Below are positions 52,359 through 61,550 of a stretch of DNA of 64,000 nt, piece after piece (the first letter of the stretch is position 1; each line of letters begins with the position of its first letter). The DNA comes from Nitrospirota bacterium (lineage in GTDB: Bacteria > Nitrospirota > UBA9217). The stretch is from positions 320,001 to 384,000 of the forward strand of contig CAWFSF010000005.1 in the NCBI GenBank assembly GCA_963818475.1. Reading direction: 5' to 3'. The position numbers and the translations under genes were made by a program. Below the pieces are notes generated by a model. The model saw only the letters and a program-made list of their open reading frames with translations, searched no databases and was not told the origin of the DNA.

Positions 52359-53027
52359 CTACTCATCAGAGTTCGACTCTTTTTCATACTTCTTACATGT
52401 AATCTCAATCTTGTTCGCCAGGTCATGTAATTGTTTTTTTCGAAGGGTCTTTATCAGTTCTTTCAAGTTCATGTTTGATTCGATCGTCGGATTGATCCAG
52501 GTTAAACATATTTTGTCTGCGATGTATCCCATTGCTTTTGGGCTGACCACATCTTCCAGCTTTGTGTATTTCTCTAATACCGGTCGTATATACTCATCAG
52601 CGTATATTTCATCCAATTCGCCCCCGCCCAATTTCAAACCGCCATGACCGTCTGGATATACAAGGAGACTTGCCGCAGTCTTATCCTGCTTTTTAATTGC
52701 TAAAAACTTTATGTGATCTAGAACATCATAATTGATTGGCATAACGCAATCTGTATCGTGTTTAATTTTATCGTCCTTATTAATAATGTTTACAAGAAAT
52801 TCAAATTCTGTCTTATTAGAAAATCCGAAGCTTTCGGGAAACACCAGATCGCAGCACTCCCTGCATCGAACTCCCTTCTTGATGGAAATGCCATAGAGTC
52901 CGTTAAATTGGGATTTTTTTAAGGGCAAGGTTAATGGCGTTTCAGCAAAGACGGAAAATGCAAAAAAAACAGCAACAATAAAAGTTACTATCCGCGTGAC
53001 TAAGCACATTTGACACCTCATTTTCAT
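52359..53027 (-). CDS. Hypothetical exported Cys-containing protein (AT-rich cassette gene)
   Basis: Signal peptide ending VFA-E; a GTTGGTG half-site at 53036-53042 lies just upstream. Confidence 0.65.
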   Translation of the reverse strand: MKMRCQMCLVTRIVTFIVAVFFAFSVFAETPLTLPLKKSQFNGLYGISIKKGVRCRECCDLVFPESFGFSNKTEFEFLVNIINKDDKIKHDTDCVMPINYDVLDHIKFLAIKKQDKTAASLLVYPDGHGGLKLGGGELDEIYADEYIRPVLEKYTKLEDVVSPKAMGYIADKICLTWINPTIESNMNLKELIKTLRKKQLHDLANKIEITCKKYEKESNSDE

Positions 53028-53064
53028 TATCAGGACACCAACGCGCCGGTGTCGCTGTCGCAGG

Positions 53065-53430
53065 CTATATTACGCCTTCTTTTAGTGAACGTTGTGCTGA
53101 ATATGCCTTTATTGACTCGGCAATCAAACCAGCAATCTTATCAAGGGCAGCCGCATCAATGGTGGGCAGCTGTTTCGTAGTTGACGAAATACGGAAATCC
53201 ACTATGACAGTCGGCAAGTGGGCGTTCTTGAGAATATAGTCTTTGCCCCTCCATAATTCGATACAGGTAAAGGCAGACCCGATCTTAAGCTTCGCGGAAT
53301 CACACAGAGGCCCTACAAGCGGAAGAGCCCTTACTCTGATCAGCATTCTCTTTAACGCCATGCCCCGAATAGACCCGTCTTTTTCTTTCACTCGACGGCG
53401 CTGTGGCCGGAAATAGTTATGGCGCCGCAA
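53065..53430 (-). CDS. Hypothetical protein (uncertain)
   Basis: Open frame co-oriented with the array; no motif, start uncertain. Confidence 0.3.
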   Translation of the reverse strand: MRRHNYFRPQRRRVKEKDGSIRGMALKRMLIRVRALPLVGPLCDSAKLKIGSAFTCIELWRGKDYILKNAHLPTVIVDFRISSTTKQLPTIDAAALDKIAGLIAESIKAYSAQRSLKEGVI

Positions 53431-53950
53431 AATTATTATCCGATTTGACGATGTTTCTTTTGTCCTTGAATTTCGCGTAAGACAACCACATCAAAAGTGC
53501 CGACACAATGGTAAACGTCCAGTAATCAACAGGCATATTCAAGAACCATTGCTTATGCCAGGGTATCTTATTCTGGGAAAAATTATTAATTCCAAAGGCC
53601 GGGTTTAATACAAACCAGAGAAAGTCCTCTATGATCCAGAAGAGCATGAGTGCTGCGATTATTCTGGCTTCTGTCCTCAGTGACCAATAGAGATCGATAA
53701 ATACTCCGAGATGAAATACGAGAAACATAAAGCTGAACACCCACGCGTGATACCCGGTCATTGGCCTGCCACCCCAGAATATATCAAGCAGCCAGTGATT
53801 CTCGATCCTCCATGTTGGGAGGCTGGAAGCCCACCCTGCGGCGCCTTCAATTTGAATCTCTACTTCTGAGAAAAAAAATGCCGTCACGACGATCCACGAA
53901 AGGAGAAGCGCCAGCTCAACTTGCCATGATTTTTGTTTTATTTCCATCAT
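53417..53950 (-). CDS. Hypothetical membrane protein
   Basis: EIQIEG..GWA..LPTW, TGYH, EDFLWFVLNP, WH motifs; TM helices. Confidence 0.75.
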   Translation of the reverse strand: MMEIKQKSWQVELALLLSWIVVTAFFFSEVEIQIEGAAGWASSLPTWRIENHWLLDIFWGGRPMTGYHAWVFSFMFLVFHLGVFIDLYWSLRTEARIIAALMLFWIIEDFLWFVLNPAFGINNFSQNKIPWHKQWFLNMPVDYWTFTIVSALLMWLSYAKFKDKRNIVKSDNNFAAP

Positions 53951-53953
53951 GTC

Positions 53954-55009
53954 CTACTTCGTAACCATAGTAATGATCTCATCAAGCTTTTGGAACGTTT
54001 CAGTGTTGCCGTTCTGTTTATACCGACTGATATTGTTCTGAAACGTATCAACATCAAAAAGAAATGATTTTATTCCATCAGGGGAAAAATCATCGAGATG
54101 TCTTCCATATCCGCATTTTTCAATATACGCCGCATTAACATATTGCTCAAATTGTCCTTTTACCGGCACGCTGCACACAGGTTTTTTTAAATAAACGGCC
54201 TCGCTCAGAAGGGAAAAGCCTCCATTGGAGATTACCGCCTTTGCTGAAGCGAGGTCCTCAATGAACCCGTCTTCGCTGAATTTTTTTAAAATGACATTCT
54301 TACGAATTTCGCTTTTATTAAATCCATAAACGATAAATGGTATATTCGGGATCTGGTTCAGTACCTGAATGATATTGTTCTGGCTCGACGAAGTTTGATA
54401 AACAAGTATATGCTCTCCTGATCTACTGGTTGCATTGAGTATTTTCTCTCTGAGAATAGGAGGGATGAGCGAAGTGTTTTTTTTCTTTGCCTGAGCCTTA
54501 AAGAACGAGGTGATCAAATAATAATCAGCATTGGGCACTTTCGCCTTAATAATGTTTCTGGCAATTTGATAACTATTCCTCTCTGATGTAGGGATCGGAA
54601 AATCAAGTTTGCAGCGGTTTACCGCTTGTATATTATCTATGCTGATCAGGGGTATTTTATTAAGCTTAGCAAAAAAGAATGTAAAAGAGTCAAAATCGGA
54701 GATCACCAGGTCCGGCTTGAACTCTTTATGAACCAGCCGATACTTGTGGAGATTGGCAATCAGGTCCTTCGGCCCATTTTTCAGCAACAGCGATGCGGTA
54801 CGATATTTTGAAACGCTTCCATTCCTGTAAGCAAGATGAAATCCTTTTATTTCATAAACCCTGTCAGGAAAGCGCTCTTTCATGAACACGTATGCCCTGT
54901 CGCTCGTTGCTATCCTCACATCGTGTTTCTTTAGCAGGTGAGATATTATTACATTGCTGCGAGTGGCATGTCCCATGCCCTCGCTTGGCAACCCATATAG
55001 AATTTTCAA
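53954..55009 (-). CDS. MJ1255/VC2487-type GT-B glycosyltransferase
   Basis: MKILYG..SEGMGHATR, PDLVISDF, ISIDN, NGGFSL.SEA..L.KP...P..GQFEQ..NA. Confidence 0.88.
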   Translation of the reverse strand: MKILYGLPSEGMGHATRSNVIISHLLKKHDVRIATSDRAYVFMKERFPDRVYEIKGFHLAYRNGSVSKYRTASLLLKNGPKDLIANLHKYRLVHKEFKPDLVISDFDSFTFFFAKLNKIPLISIDNIQAVNRCKLDFPIPTSERNSYQIARNIIKAKVPNADYYLITSFFKAQAKKKNTSLIPPILREKILNATSRSGEHILVYQTSSSQNNIIQVLNQIPNIPFIVYGFNKSEIRKNVILKKFSEDGFIEDLASAKAVISNGGFSLLSEAVYLKKPVCSVPVKGQFEQYVNAAYIEKCGYGRHLDDFSPDGIKSFLFDVDTFQNNISRYKQNGNTETFQKLDEIITMVTK

Positions 55010-55025
55010 TTGTTTCTCCTTTTAC

Positions 55026-55081
55026 CGATAACGACGAGTGTGGCCGGAGTGTAATCGATCTGCCCAAACGATTGGTTGGGA
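55026..55081 (-). mobile_element. Integron attC site
   Basis: Minus strand TCCCAAC CAATCGTTTGGGCAGA...CCGGCCACACTCGTC GTTATCG followed by the AGGAG RBS of the glycosyltransferase. Confidence 0.6.
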
Positions 55082-55203
55082 AATACTTTTCATTCCTCTC
55101 CATGTCTGCTGTCAAGGACTGACCCCTCAGCCCCCTATTATTATGTATGCTCGTCCCTGCCCCCCCTAAAATCAAGCGTAAATATTTGTCCCCCGATTCC
55201 TCC

Positions 55204-56766
55204 CTATTTGCCCGGTGCCAACTCCTCCGGCGCCTTTTGGGTGAGAATGTGCCAGTTAGGGCGACGCCAGCTTTTTCGGAACTGCTCCAGCGTGGATTCT
55301 ACAGCTCGCATCTCCTTCTCAAAGCCGTCCAGAAAGAGCACAAAATCGGTCTGAGCGTCTCCGCCCCCGTATTGTTCATCGAATTGGCGCACCATACCGT
55401 TCGGGGTACTCACCTTTCTCCCCATTATCTCAGATAGGGGAAATCTTACTCCTTTCATCCCCGGCGCGGGCTCGTAGGTCTTGTACACTAATTCCGAACA
55501 GACCAGGGAAGAGTCGGTCTCGAAGTCAAAGTTGAAGTCATAAGGACGCCCGCTATAGTGAAAGGTCCGCAGGATAGCTGCGGCCTTTTCCTGTTTTGCA
55601 AGTCTAGGCCTGAGCACCCCTATGGAATCGGAGGCACCGGAATGTTCAAGAGAGGTGAATGATACCCCCTCGGAGATCGCCTCCAGAATGCAGGGCGCAT
55701 GCCCGTTCTCCAATGGGGTCGTGCCGGCAGCGTAAGCTTCTGGATAGCGCTGTTTCAGAAGTGTTTCCAGATCGCCGTCGGCGATCCCCTGGCCCTTTAC
55801 CCATGCTATCGTCTCCGGGTCGGAAAAGTAGGTTCGCCGCTCCTCGGGCGTGCCTACATACATGGCCGCATGGGTCCAAAAGCCAGGAAGTCCCATGTTG
55901 GACAGATACCATTCGTGCCGTTCAAAGAGGATATCGCCGGGCTGCAGCCGATTCCGCAATGAGTTGATCTGGTCGCCGGAGACAAGGTGCGTCCCTTTGC
56001 GGTGCACCTTCGTATCCCCCATCCATTGCGAGACGTTCTTTTGCAGGGGAAACCAGGTCGCAAAGCCGGCCTTCTGCACAACGGCCAGGGCATTCTTAAG
56101 GGTCATGATATGGCCTTTTTCCTTGCCCATCTTCCAGATGATCTTGCTGTCTTCGTCAATAGTCGTGCGAAGTTCCTCAGATACATCTTCTGTTGCGAAG
56201 CTCTTGCTAATTACCTGGAGTGCTGAAAATTCAGTTGCGGCAGCGACATTGAGGAAACGGAACTTGAAACGGCTAAAGTTGCCAACGGTGATGCCCAGCT
56301 CAGGGACAGCCTCGTCCAGGATTATATTTAGGGTGCGGTTCTTGTCTGACAGGTCAATGAATTCCAGAGCATACCTGTAGCTAGCCAGGAAAGAGGCGTG
56401 ATTTAGGGCAAAGGAAACGTTACGTCGATATTTGTCCTGGAACAAGTTGAAATCTTGCCACTCACTTCGGACAGTATCCAAGGCGGCCAAGCTAGCCAGC
56501 ACGGAACTCCACGTGTTCCAGATGGCCAACTTATCCTGCCGCGTCAAAAGGTCCTTTTCCCCATTCTTTTTCTGGCTGAAGAGGTCCGGCCGTGAACGGG
56601 CGAAATCGACAGCCCTCTGAAGTCCGGCACGGGCGATTCCAACGGCACGGCCGGCCTCCGTGATGCGGTTCTGAAAATCTGCATCAGTCGAGGCATCGGC
56701 AATGGATGCCATGTTAATACAGATAAGTGCGGCAAAGACTAGCATTGACCTGACAGTATGGTTCAT
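55204..56766 (-). CDS. Large YiiX/YebB-like permuted papain (NlpC/P60) protein, exported
   Basis: Signal peptide; LQPGDILF, PGFWTHAAMYVG, EAISEGV, GRPYDFNFDF, LVCSELV. Confidence 0.85.
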   Translation of the reverse strand: MNHTVRSMLVFAALICINMASIADASTDADFQNRITEAGRAVGIARAGLQRAVDFARSRPDLFSQKKNGEKDLLTRQDKLAIWNTWSSVLASLAALDTVRSEWQDFNLFQDKYRRNVSFALNHASFLASYRYALEFIDLSDKNRTLNIILDEAVPELGITVGNFSRFKFRFLNVAAATEFSALQVISKSFATEDVSEELRTTIDEDSKIIWKMGKEKGHIMTLKNALAVVQKAGFATWFPLQKNVSQWMGDTKVHRKGTHLVSGDQINSLRNRLQPGDILFERHEWYLSNMGLPGFWTHAAMYVGTPEERRTYFSDPETIAWVKGQGIADGDLETLLKQRYPEAYAAGTTPLENGHAPCILEAISEGVSFTSLEHSGASDSIGVLRPRLAKQEKAAAILRTFHYSGRPYDFNFDFETDSSLVCSELVYKTYEPAPGMKGVRFPLSEIMGRKVSTPNGMVRQFDEQYGGGDAQTDFVLFLDGFEKEMRAVESTLEQFRKSWRRPNWHILTQKAPEELAPGK

Positions 56767-56801
56767 ACACTCCTCTAAATTGGTTAATTCTCGTTTTAAT
56801 C

Positions 56802-56851
56802 ATTCAACATACAGGTTCCACTGGACAGCATGACAGTTGACCTGTATGAAT
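56802..56851 (-). mobile_element. Eroded attC-like hairpin
   Basis: Minus strand CATACAGGTCAACTG...CAGTGGAACCTGTAT GTTGAAT upstream of the RBS; R'' AAC missing. Confidence 0.4.
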
Positions 56852-57055
56852 TCGCTTTGTCCGAATCCCCCCGCAAGCTACATATTACCTTACTTTTACT
56901 TGACCTTTAATTATTAATCCTAAGCCAAAACAATAATAATTTGGCTAATTGTTTGAGACAAAGCGGCTTCTGTAAAGTTTAAGCCAAGAAGACCTGTGAT
57001 ACCCACAATAATACACGTGGCTCACTTGCGACTTCTTCAGATCGGTGATTTTGTC

Positions 57056-57112
57056 GGCTAACGACGCGGTCACTCGCCGCTTTTTGGCGAGTCGATGTGG
57101 ACGCGCTTACGC
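57056..57112 (-). mobile_element. Eroded attC site
   Basis: Minus strand stop TAA then GCGCGTCCACATCGACTCGCC AAAAA GCGGCGAGTGACCGCGTC GTTAGCC. Confidence 0.55.
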
Positions 57113-57697
57113 TTTCCTTTTTTCCCTTAGAGGCTTTTCCTCGAAATAAGTAGGCGCATTTATCTCGATCCCCATTTTGGGAGCGATCTTGTTTACCAGG
57201 TCCATTGCTCTCGCAAGTGACATCGCGCCAAACTCGCTCCAACCCAGGTACTCGATCCACCCGTCCTTGTATTCAAGCAATATCGCATAGTTGGTTGATT
57301 CATAATCGTTACGACCGACCGTAATACGCGTGAACTGATCAAAACCATCCGACTTGGTCGTGTCCGAGAACAGGGTCTTCTCATGCAGGATTACCAGCCT
57401 TTTGATGAAATCGATTTCAAGGGATCTGCTGGTAGTAAAGCTCCAGATGGCCGAGTAGGTAAAGGCCATAGCCAGTATATAAATAAAAATGCGGATGAAC
57501 AGGGGGACATCTTGCCGATGGGTCATGTGCCACGCGAGAAAGCATAAGAGACCTGCAAAAGGGGTCGTGCCGAATCCCCAAAGCCGTGAGCGGAACAGAA
57601 AGCGCAGGCGGGCATCACTGCTTTCCTTGAGGACCATGACTGGCGGGACAACCCGGATTTTCTTTGTCCATTTCTTGTCCACAGCGCCTTTTGCCAT
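57107..57697 (-). CDS. Hypothetical 2-TM membrane protein
   Basis: Two TM helices then a beta-rich domain; starts directly after the upstream stop. Confidence 0.65.
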   Translation of the reverse strand: MAKGAVDKKWTKKIRVVPPVMVLKESSDARLRFLFRSRLWGFGTTPFAGLLCFLAWHMTHRQDVPLFIRIFIYILAMAFTYSAIWSFTTSRSLEIDFIKRLVILHEKTLFSDTTKSDGFDQFTRITVGRNDYESTNYAILLEYKDGWIEYLGWSEFGAMSLARAMDLVNKIAPKMGIEINAPTYFEEKPLREKRKA

Positions 57698-57698
57698 G

Positions 57699-58244
57699 CT
57701 ATGCCGTCCTCGCCTTGGAGATGATGTCATAAACGTCCCGGGCATTCTCGATCATTTCGAACTGCGGCGCCGGAGTCTGGCCGAAGGGCAGGTTCTGCAT
57801 CCAGGAGGAGTAAGGATTTTCAGCGCTAAAGGAGATCGTGCCTTTCCGGTTCTCCGCCTCGATCAGCGTGAGGCCTCTTAAGAGGGAAAGGTCCGAAGAT
57901 TGGATTTTCCGGTTGAAGAGCCCCGTGATGATGATCACGCGTTTGTCCGTCACCCCATAGTACGTTGTCTCCCTGATCTTCGCATCCACAATAAAACGGC
58001 CGAACAGCATCATAAGCCCGACCAGCACGAAGGGAATGCCCCAGATGATCATCAGGACCGGGCCTCCTGTCCTGATAACGATTGTTTCCCAGACGATTGC
58101 GAAGCCCGCCCATAAGATGCTGAACGGTATGAGAACAAAGTCAAATTTGCGGAACAGGATGCCTTTCTGGGGACATCCTGCCCAGAGAAGCCTTTCATCA
58201 GAATCCAGTTCACGCTGCACTGCCTGTTCTGTTTCATGGTTCAT
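57699..58244 (-). CDS. Bacterial PH-domain membrane protein
   Basis: ERLLWAG.P, two TM, YYGVTDKRVII, GTI.F. Confidence 0.78.
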   Translation of the reverse strand: MNHETEQAVQRELDSDERLLWAGCPQKGILFRKFDFVLIPFSILWAGFAIVWETIVIRTGGPVLMIIWGIPFVLVGLMMLFGRFIVDAKIRETTYYGVTDKRVIIITGLFNRKIQSSDLSLLRGLTLIEAENRKGTISFSAENPYSSWMQNLPFGQTPAPQFEMIENARDVYDIISKARTA

Positions 58245-58350
58245 TATCTTAAGGCCTCCGTGCTGAATAGCTGATTATCAACAGCAGCCTTGCCAAAATG
58301 ACGATACCGTTTTGTATTTTAGAATCTTGTGTTTGCTTTATGCTCTTTCC

Positions 58351-58408
58351 TCATAACGCCGCCGTGAGGAGTGAGATTTTCGCGACTCACTCGACGCGCA
58401 GGTTGGCA
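58351..58408 (-). mobile_element. Integron attC site
   Basis: Minus strand TGCCAAC CTGCGCGTCGAGTGAG...CTCACTCCTCACGGCGGC GTTATGA, 15 bp after the LprI-gene stop. Confidence 0.75.
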
Positions 58409-58423
58409 TGGAATGGCAGATGT

Positions 58424-60034
58424 TCAATAACCACTTATCCATTGGCAATTTTTACTGAAATAGTCTTGAATAATGCAATATTCAGAAGTAGGATGTTGAA
58501 GCGGTTGAGAATATAATTCAATATATTTACTTTTACCATCAGCGATCCCTAATCCAACCATGTCACGTTCGAACATAAGGTATTCGACTATAGCGCGTTC
58601 ATCTTGACTCGATCCGTACTGCGTCGCAATTATCTTTGCATTATTTTTATCGATTGGTTGAATGCGAATGTCAGCGGGATGAAAGCTTATATCTTCTACT
58701 CGGATATACTTTCGGTTCTTATCCTGCAAATATAGATGCCATTCGGGCACGGCTGTTCCGAAAGGCCAAATGTTGATCGCAACATCCTGCAACCCATCAT
58801 TATTAAAGTCGGTAATAATTCGCACAATGTGCCCATAATCATCGTCTGCACTTAATTCTCGTACATCTGCAATAAAGTCTTCAAAGGGCTCAGAGATCGT
58901 CCCTTCCGGCAAAGTCCCGTTCTGGGCCTGAAGCTGTCTCAGTTTTTTAATTTTAGCTATGATCTTTGATCGAGATTCGGACGATAGTCTAAAATTGATG
59001 CCCCACTTGTAACGTTGAATTGCGTCTTCAACTTTATCCATTTCAGAATACAGGTCACCCAAAGTAAGGTTAGCCGACCAACGTCGTTCACCATCGGAGG
59101 TAGAATCAATTTTGATGCCAGCCTTTAAATATGCGTCCGCCTTATCGAAATATTCTTTTCCTTTTTTGTAATATGCATAACCCAGGTGATAGCTAATTTC
59201 AGGATTAGCAGACACATTAAGGCCAGGAATTTTTGTAAGTTCAGCAGCCTGTTCCCATAGTGCAATAGCTTTTTGAGACTGCTCTTTACCAAGAAGTGCT
59301 AGAGCAGCAGCGTTCATTTTATATGACTCGGCGAGATCGATCTGCTCATAGGTATGGCCGGTCCACCTGTAATATTGATTAAACTGGCCGAACGCATCCT
59401 TCTTTCCATAAATCGCTATTCCTGGGTATTTATCTTTCACGGGGTAAAAATACGCGGCATAGCCGCCTGGATCAGATATCAAAGACTTGCACTTGTTGTC
59501 TTCTTCTAAATAGACAGTCATTAGACGTTCTTTATTAACAACTCTCTCCATGATAATTAAACGTATTTTGCGGCCATTTTCCCAAAAAGTATATATCAAA
59601 TCGGGTCTAGTATATACTTTATTGCAATCAATATTAAAAGTGGGATTCTCTACCGTTTCTGAATTAGAGGTTGATTGTCTTTTTTTGAGAACTTCAGTTC
59701 GGTTTTTATAAGCGTCTTTTAGGCAGCCAATATTGTTTTTTTCGTTGCTGCAGTGGTCTCGCGCCCTTAGCCAGGAGAGCTGATCTTTTTTTAATTGGGT
59801 CTGTTCGGCAAAAGATAAGTCAGATAAAAGACTCTTATAAATTGACGCCATCACTACATCAGCTTCTGCAAGTTGCCGAACAGTACAAATCGTTTTCTCA
59901 GTTGCAGATGAAGCATGCGCGCAATCAAAACTTGCCTTGAAATTTTCTTTATTTACTGTTTCAGAGAATGCACTTGATATGGTCGCTGTAAAAAGGATTG
60001 AGAGAGCGATAAACATTAATACACAGAGTCTCAT
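58424..60034 (-). CDS. Exported protein with an LprI/DUF1311-like N-domain and a TPR region (cassette gene)
   Basis: ASFDC..A...EKTIC...L..AD, Q..WL..RD.C...C....Y..R; TPR-like YHLGYAYY and LGDLY; AT-rich. Confidence 0.78.
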   Translation of the reverse strand: MRLCVLMFIALSILFTATISSAFSETVNKENFKASFDCAHASSATEKTICTVRQLAEADVVMASIYKSLLSDLSFAEQTQLKKDQLSWLRARDHCSNEKNNIGCLKDAYKNRTEVLKKRQSTSNSETVENPTFNIDCNKVYTRPDLIYTFWENGRKIRLIIMERVVNKERLMTVYLEEDNKCKSLISDPGGYAAYFYPVKDKYPGIAIYGKKDAFGQFNQYYRWTGHTYEQIDLAESYKMNAAALALLGKEQSQKAIALWEQAAELTKIPGLNVSANPEISYHLGYAYYKKGKEYFDKADAYLKAGIKIDSTSDGERRWSANLTLGDLYSEMDKVEDAIQRYKWGINFRLSSESRSKIIAKIKKLRQLQAQNGTLPEGTISEPFEDFIADVRELSADDDYGHIVRIITDFNNDGLQDVAINIWPFGTAVPEWHLYLQDKNRKYIRVEDISFHPADIRIQPIDKNNAKIIATQYGSSQDERAIVEYLMFERDMVGLGIADGKSKYIELYSQPLQHPTSEYCIIQDYFSKNCQWISGY

Positions 60035-60044
60035 TTTTCTCTCC

Positions 60045-60101
60045 GACTAACGATGAGTTCACACGACGCGAAGCGAATCGGCGTGGAACAACATGTTGGA
60101 A
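60045..60101 (-). mobile_element. Integron attC site
   Basis: Minus strand TTCCAAC ATGTTGTTCCACGCCGATTCGCTTCGCGTCGTGTGAACTCATC GTTAGTC, then GGAG RBS and ATG. Confidence 0.85.
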
Positions 60102-60130
60102 CACTATGGCCAGGATTTAAAGCACGCGGC

Positions 60131-61054
60131 TTATTGGCAGTCCGCTATGGATTGTCTGGTTAAAGGCCGCAGCGGCATTGTTAGTTCTTTTCGCATCCCT
60201 ATAATCGTGTTGTTTACATATATATCATTGACAGCCCAGTCCGCGACGTCGTTATAGCACGACTCTATTTCCTCCCGGAATTTCTTCGCATCTTCCGCCG
60301 CCCACACCTCGAACTTCGCATCTTTGCTTGAACATGTAAAAATCCTGCAAAATATTTCGGTATTGTCCGTTAGTGAAATGAGTCTGACCTGGACTTCTAG
60401 CTGCACGTAAAGATCGGGCCGCACCTTACCCCAACCTGAGAGCGTTAACTTCCTGACATCGATTTCATTCACCGAACTGATGCCACTCGATTTAAATTGA
60501 CGGTAATCCGGTTTCTCGCCTTCGATTGTAGGTCCAGCTTCATATATGATAGTAAACGGAAATGATTTTAGTTCGGACAATCGAGATACAAACTTCTCAT
60601 GAATATTTTCTTGCATTCGAAGTGTTGCAAGAGCATCCTTGACCTTTACCTCCCGCGCTGTAACAGTTTCCGCAGCGTCAGCAGTAATCGCGCCACCCAC
60701 GCTGCCGACGATGGCGCCTACCGGTGCTAACGCGAGACCGGCAAATGGAAGGAGGAGACAGTAAGGATCACCGCATTCCTGCATGGCTTCAAATGACATT
60801 GCAAATGGTGTAAGAGCACCAACCTTGGCCCCATCTTTAGCCCCTTCTTCAGCGCCTTTCGACGGTGTTTTCACTTCTACACGTGGAACATCTCGTGCTC
60901 CAGTTACGCCGATCAATCCGAGTTTCGTTTTTAATTCGCCAATCTCCTGCGAGTTCATTGTTTCTGGTCTGCGATGCGTCGCACATCCGCTGCTCAATAA
61001 CAAAAACAACGATACGATTATACTGACTTTCCGAATTATTAACGTCTTCTCCAT
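60131..61054 (-). CDS. Hypothetical lipoprotein with a glycine-zipper segment (first cassette)
   Basis: Lipobox SSGC; GAEEGAKDGAKVGA...GAIVGSVGGAI. Confidence 0.7.
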   Translation of the reverse strand: MEKTLIIRKVSIIVSLFLLLSSGCATHRRPETMNSQEIGELKTKLGLIGVTGARDVPRVEVKTPSKGAEEGAKDGAKVGALTPFAMSFEAMQECGDPYCLLLPFAGLALAPVGAIVGSVGGAITADAAETVTAREVKVKDALATLRMQENIHEKFVSRLSELKSFPFTIIYEAGPTIEGEKPDYRQFKSSGISSVNEIDVRKLTLSGWGKVRPDLYVQLEVQVRLISLTDNTEIFCRIFTCSSKDAKFEVWAAEDAKKFREEIESCYNDVADWAVNDIYVNNTIIGMRKELTMPLRPLTRQSIADCQ

Positions 61055-61392
61055 GATTTCAGCATCTCTCTAAAACCAGCGATTTTACCATACTTCACGA
61101 ACCAAAGCTGCTTCTCGGGATTCCACCTTCCTCCTGCAGTTTTGGCTTGCAGGCGAGCCGGCATGTCGTCAGCTTTGATGCGAACAGGCACCAGCGCTTC
61201 CGCATATCGCGGAGGCGGCGGCTTCCAGTCAGTTTTTTCGACGAGCAAGTTCGACCGTCTTCAGCCGCTGCCGTGAGCTCAGCATCATACCTGAAACGAA
61301 CACAGAGCAGAGAGTCGCCGTACTTTTCCGTACTTTTCCGCCAGTCTCTTGGTGCCGCGCTGCCCTGGTTTGAGGATCAGCCGTGTTTTCAT
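61039..61392 (-). pseudogene. Small basic hypothetical protein, frameshifted and possibly 3'-truncated
   Basis: Across frames MKTRLILKPGQRGTKRLAEKYG...CVRFRYD...LKTVEL.VEKTDWKPPPP...GGRWNPEKQLW. Confidence 0.6.
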
Positions 61393-61550
61393 CAGAGCCG
61401 CCGTGAACAACATTCCTGTTCATATAATTATGCACGGCACGGTGAACAACTTTAGCATCGTTCCTTGTTTTTCGCAACACAGAACTGAGCGAAAACGATA
61501 CTGACCAATCCCCTGCAGCATCGTAATAACACAGGCATCATCATTGCGAT

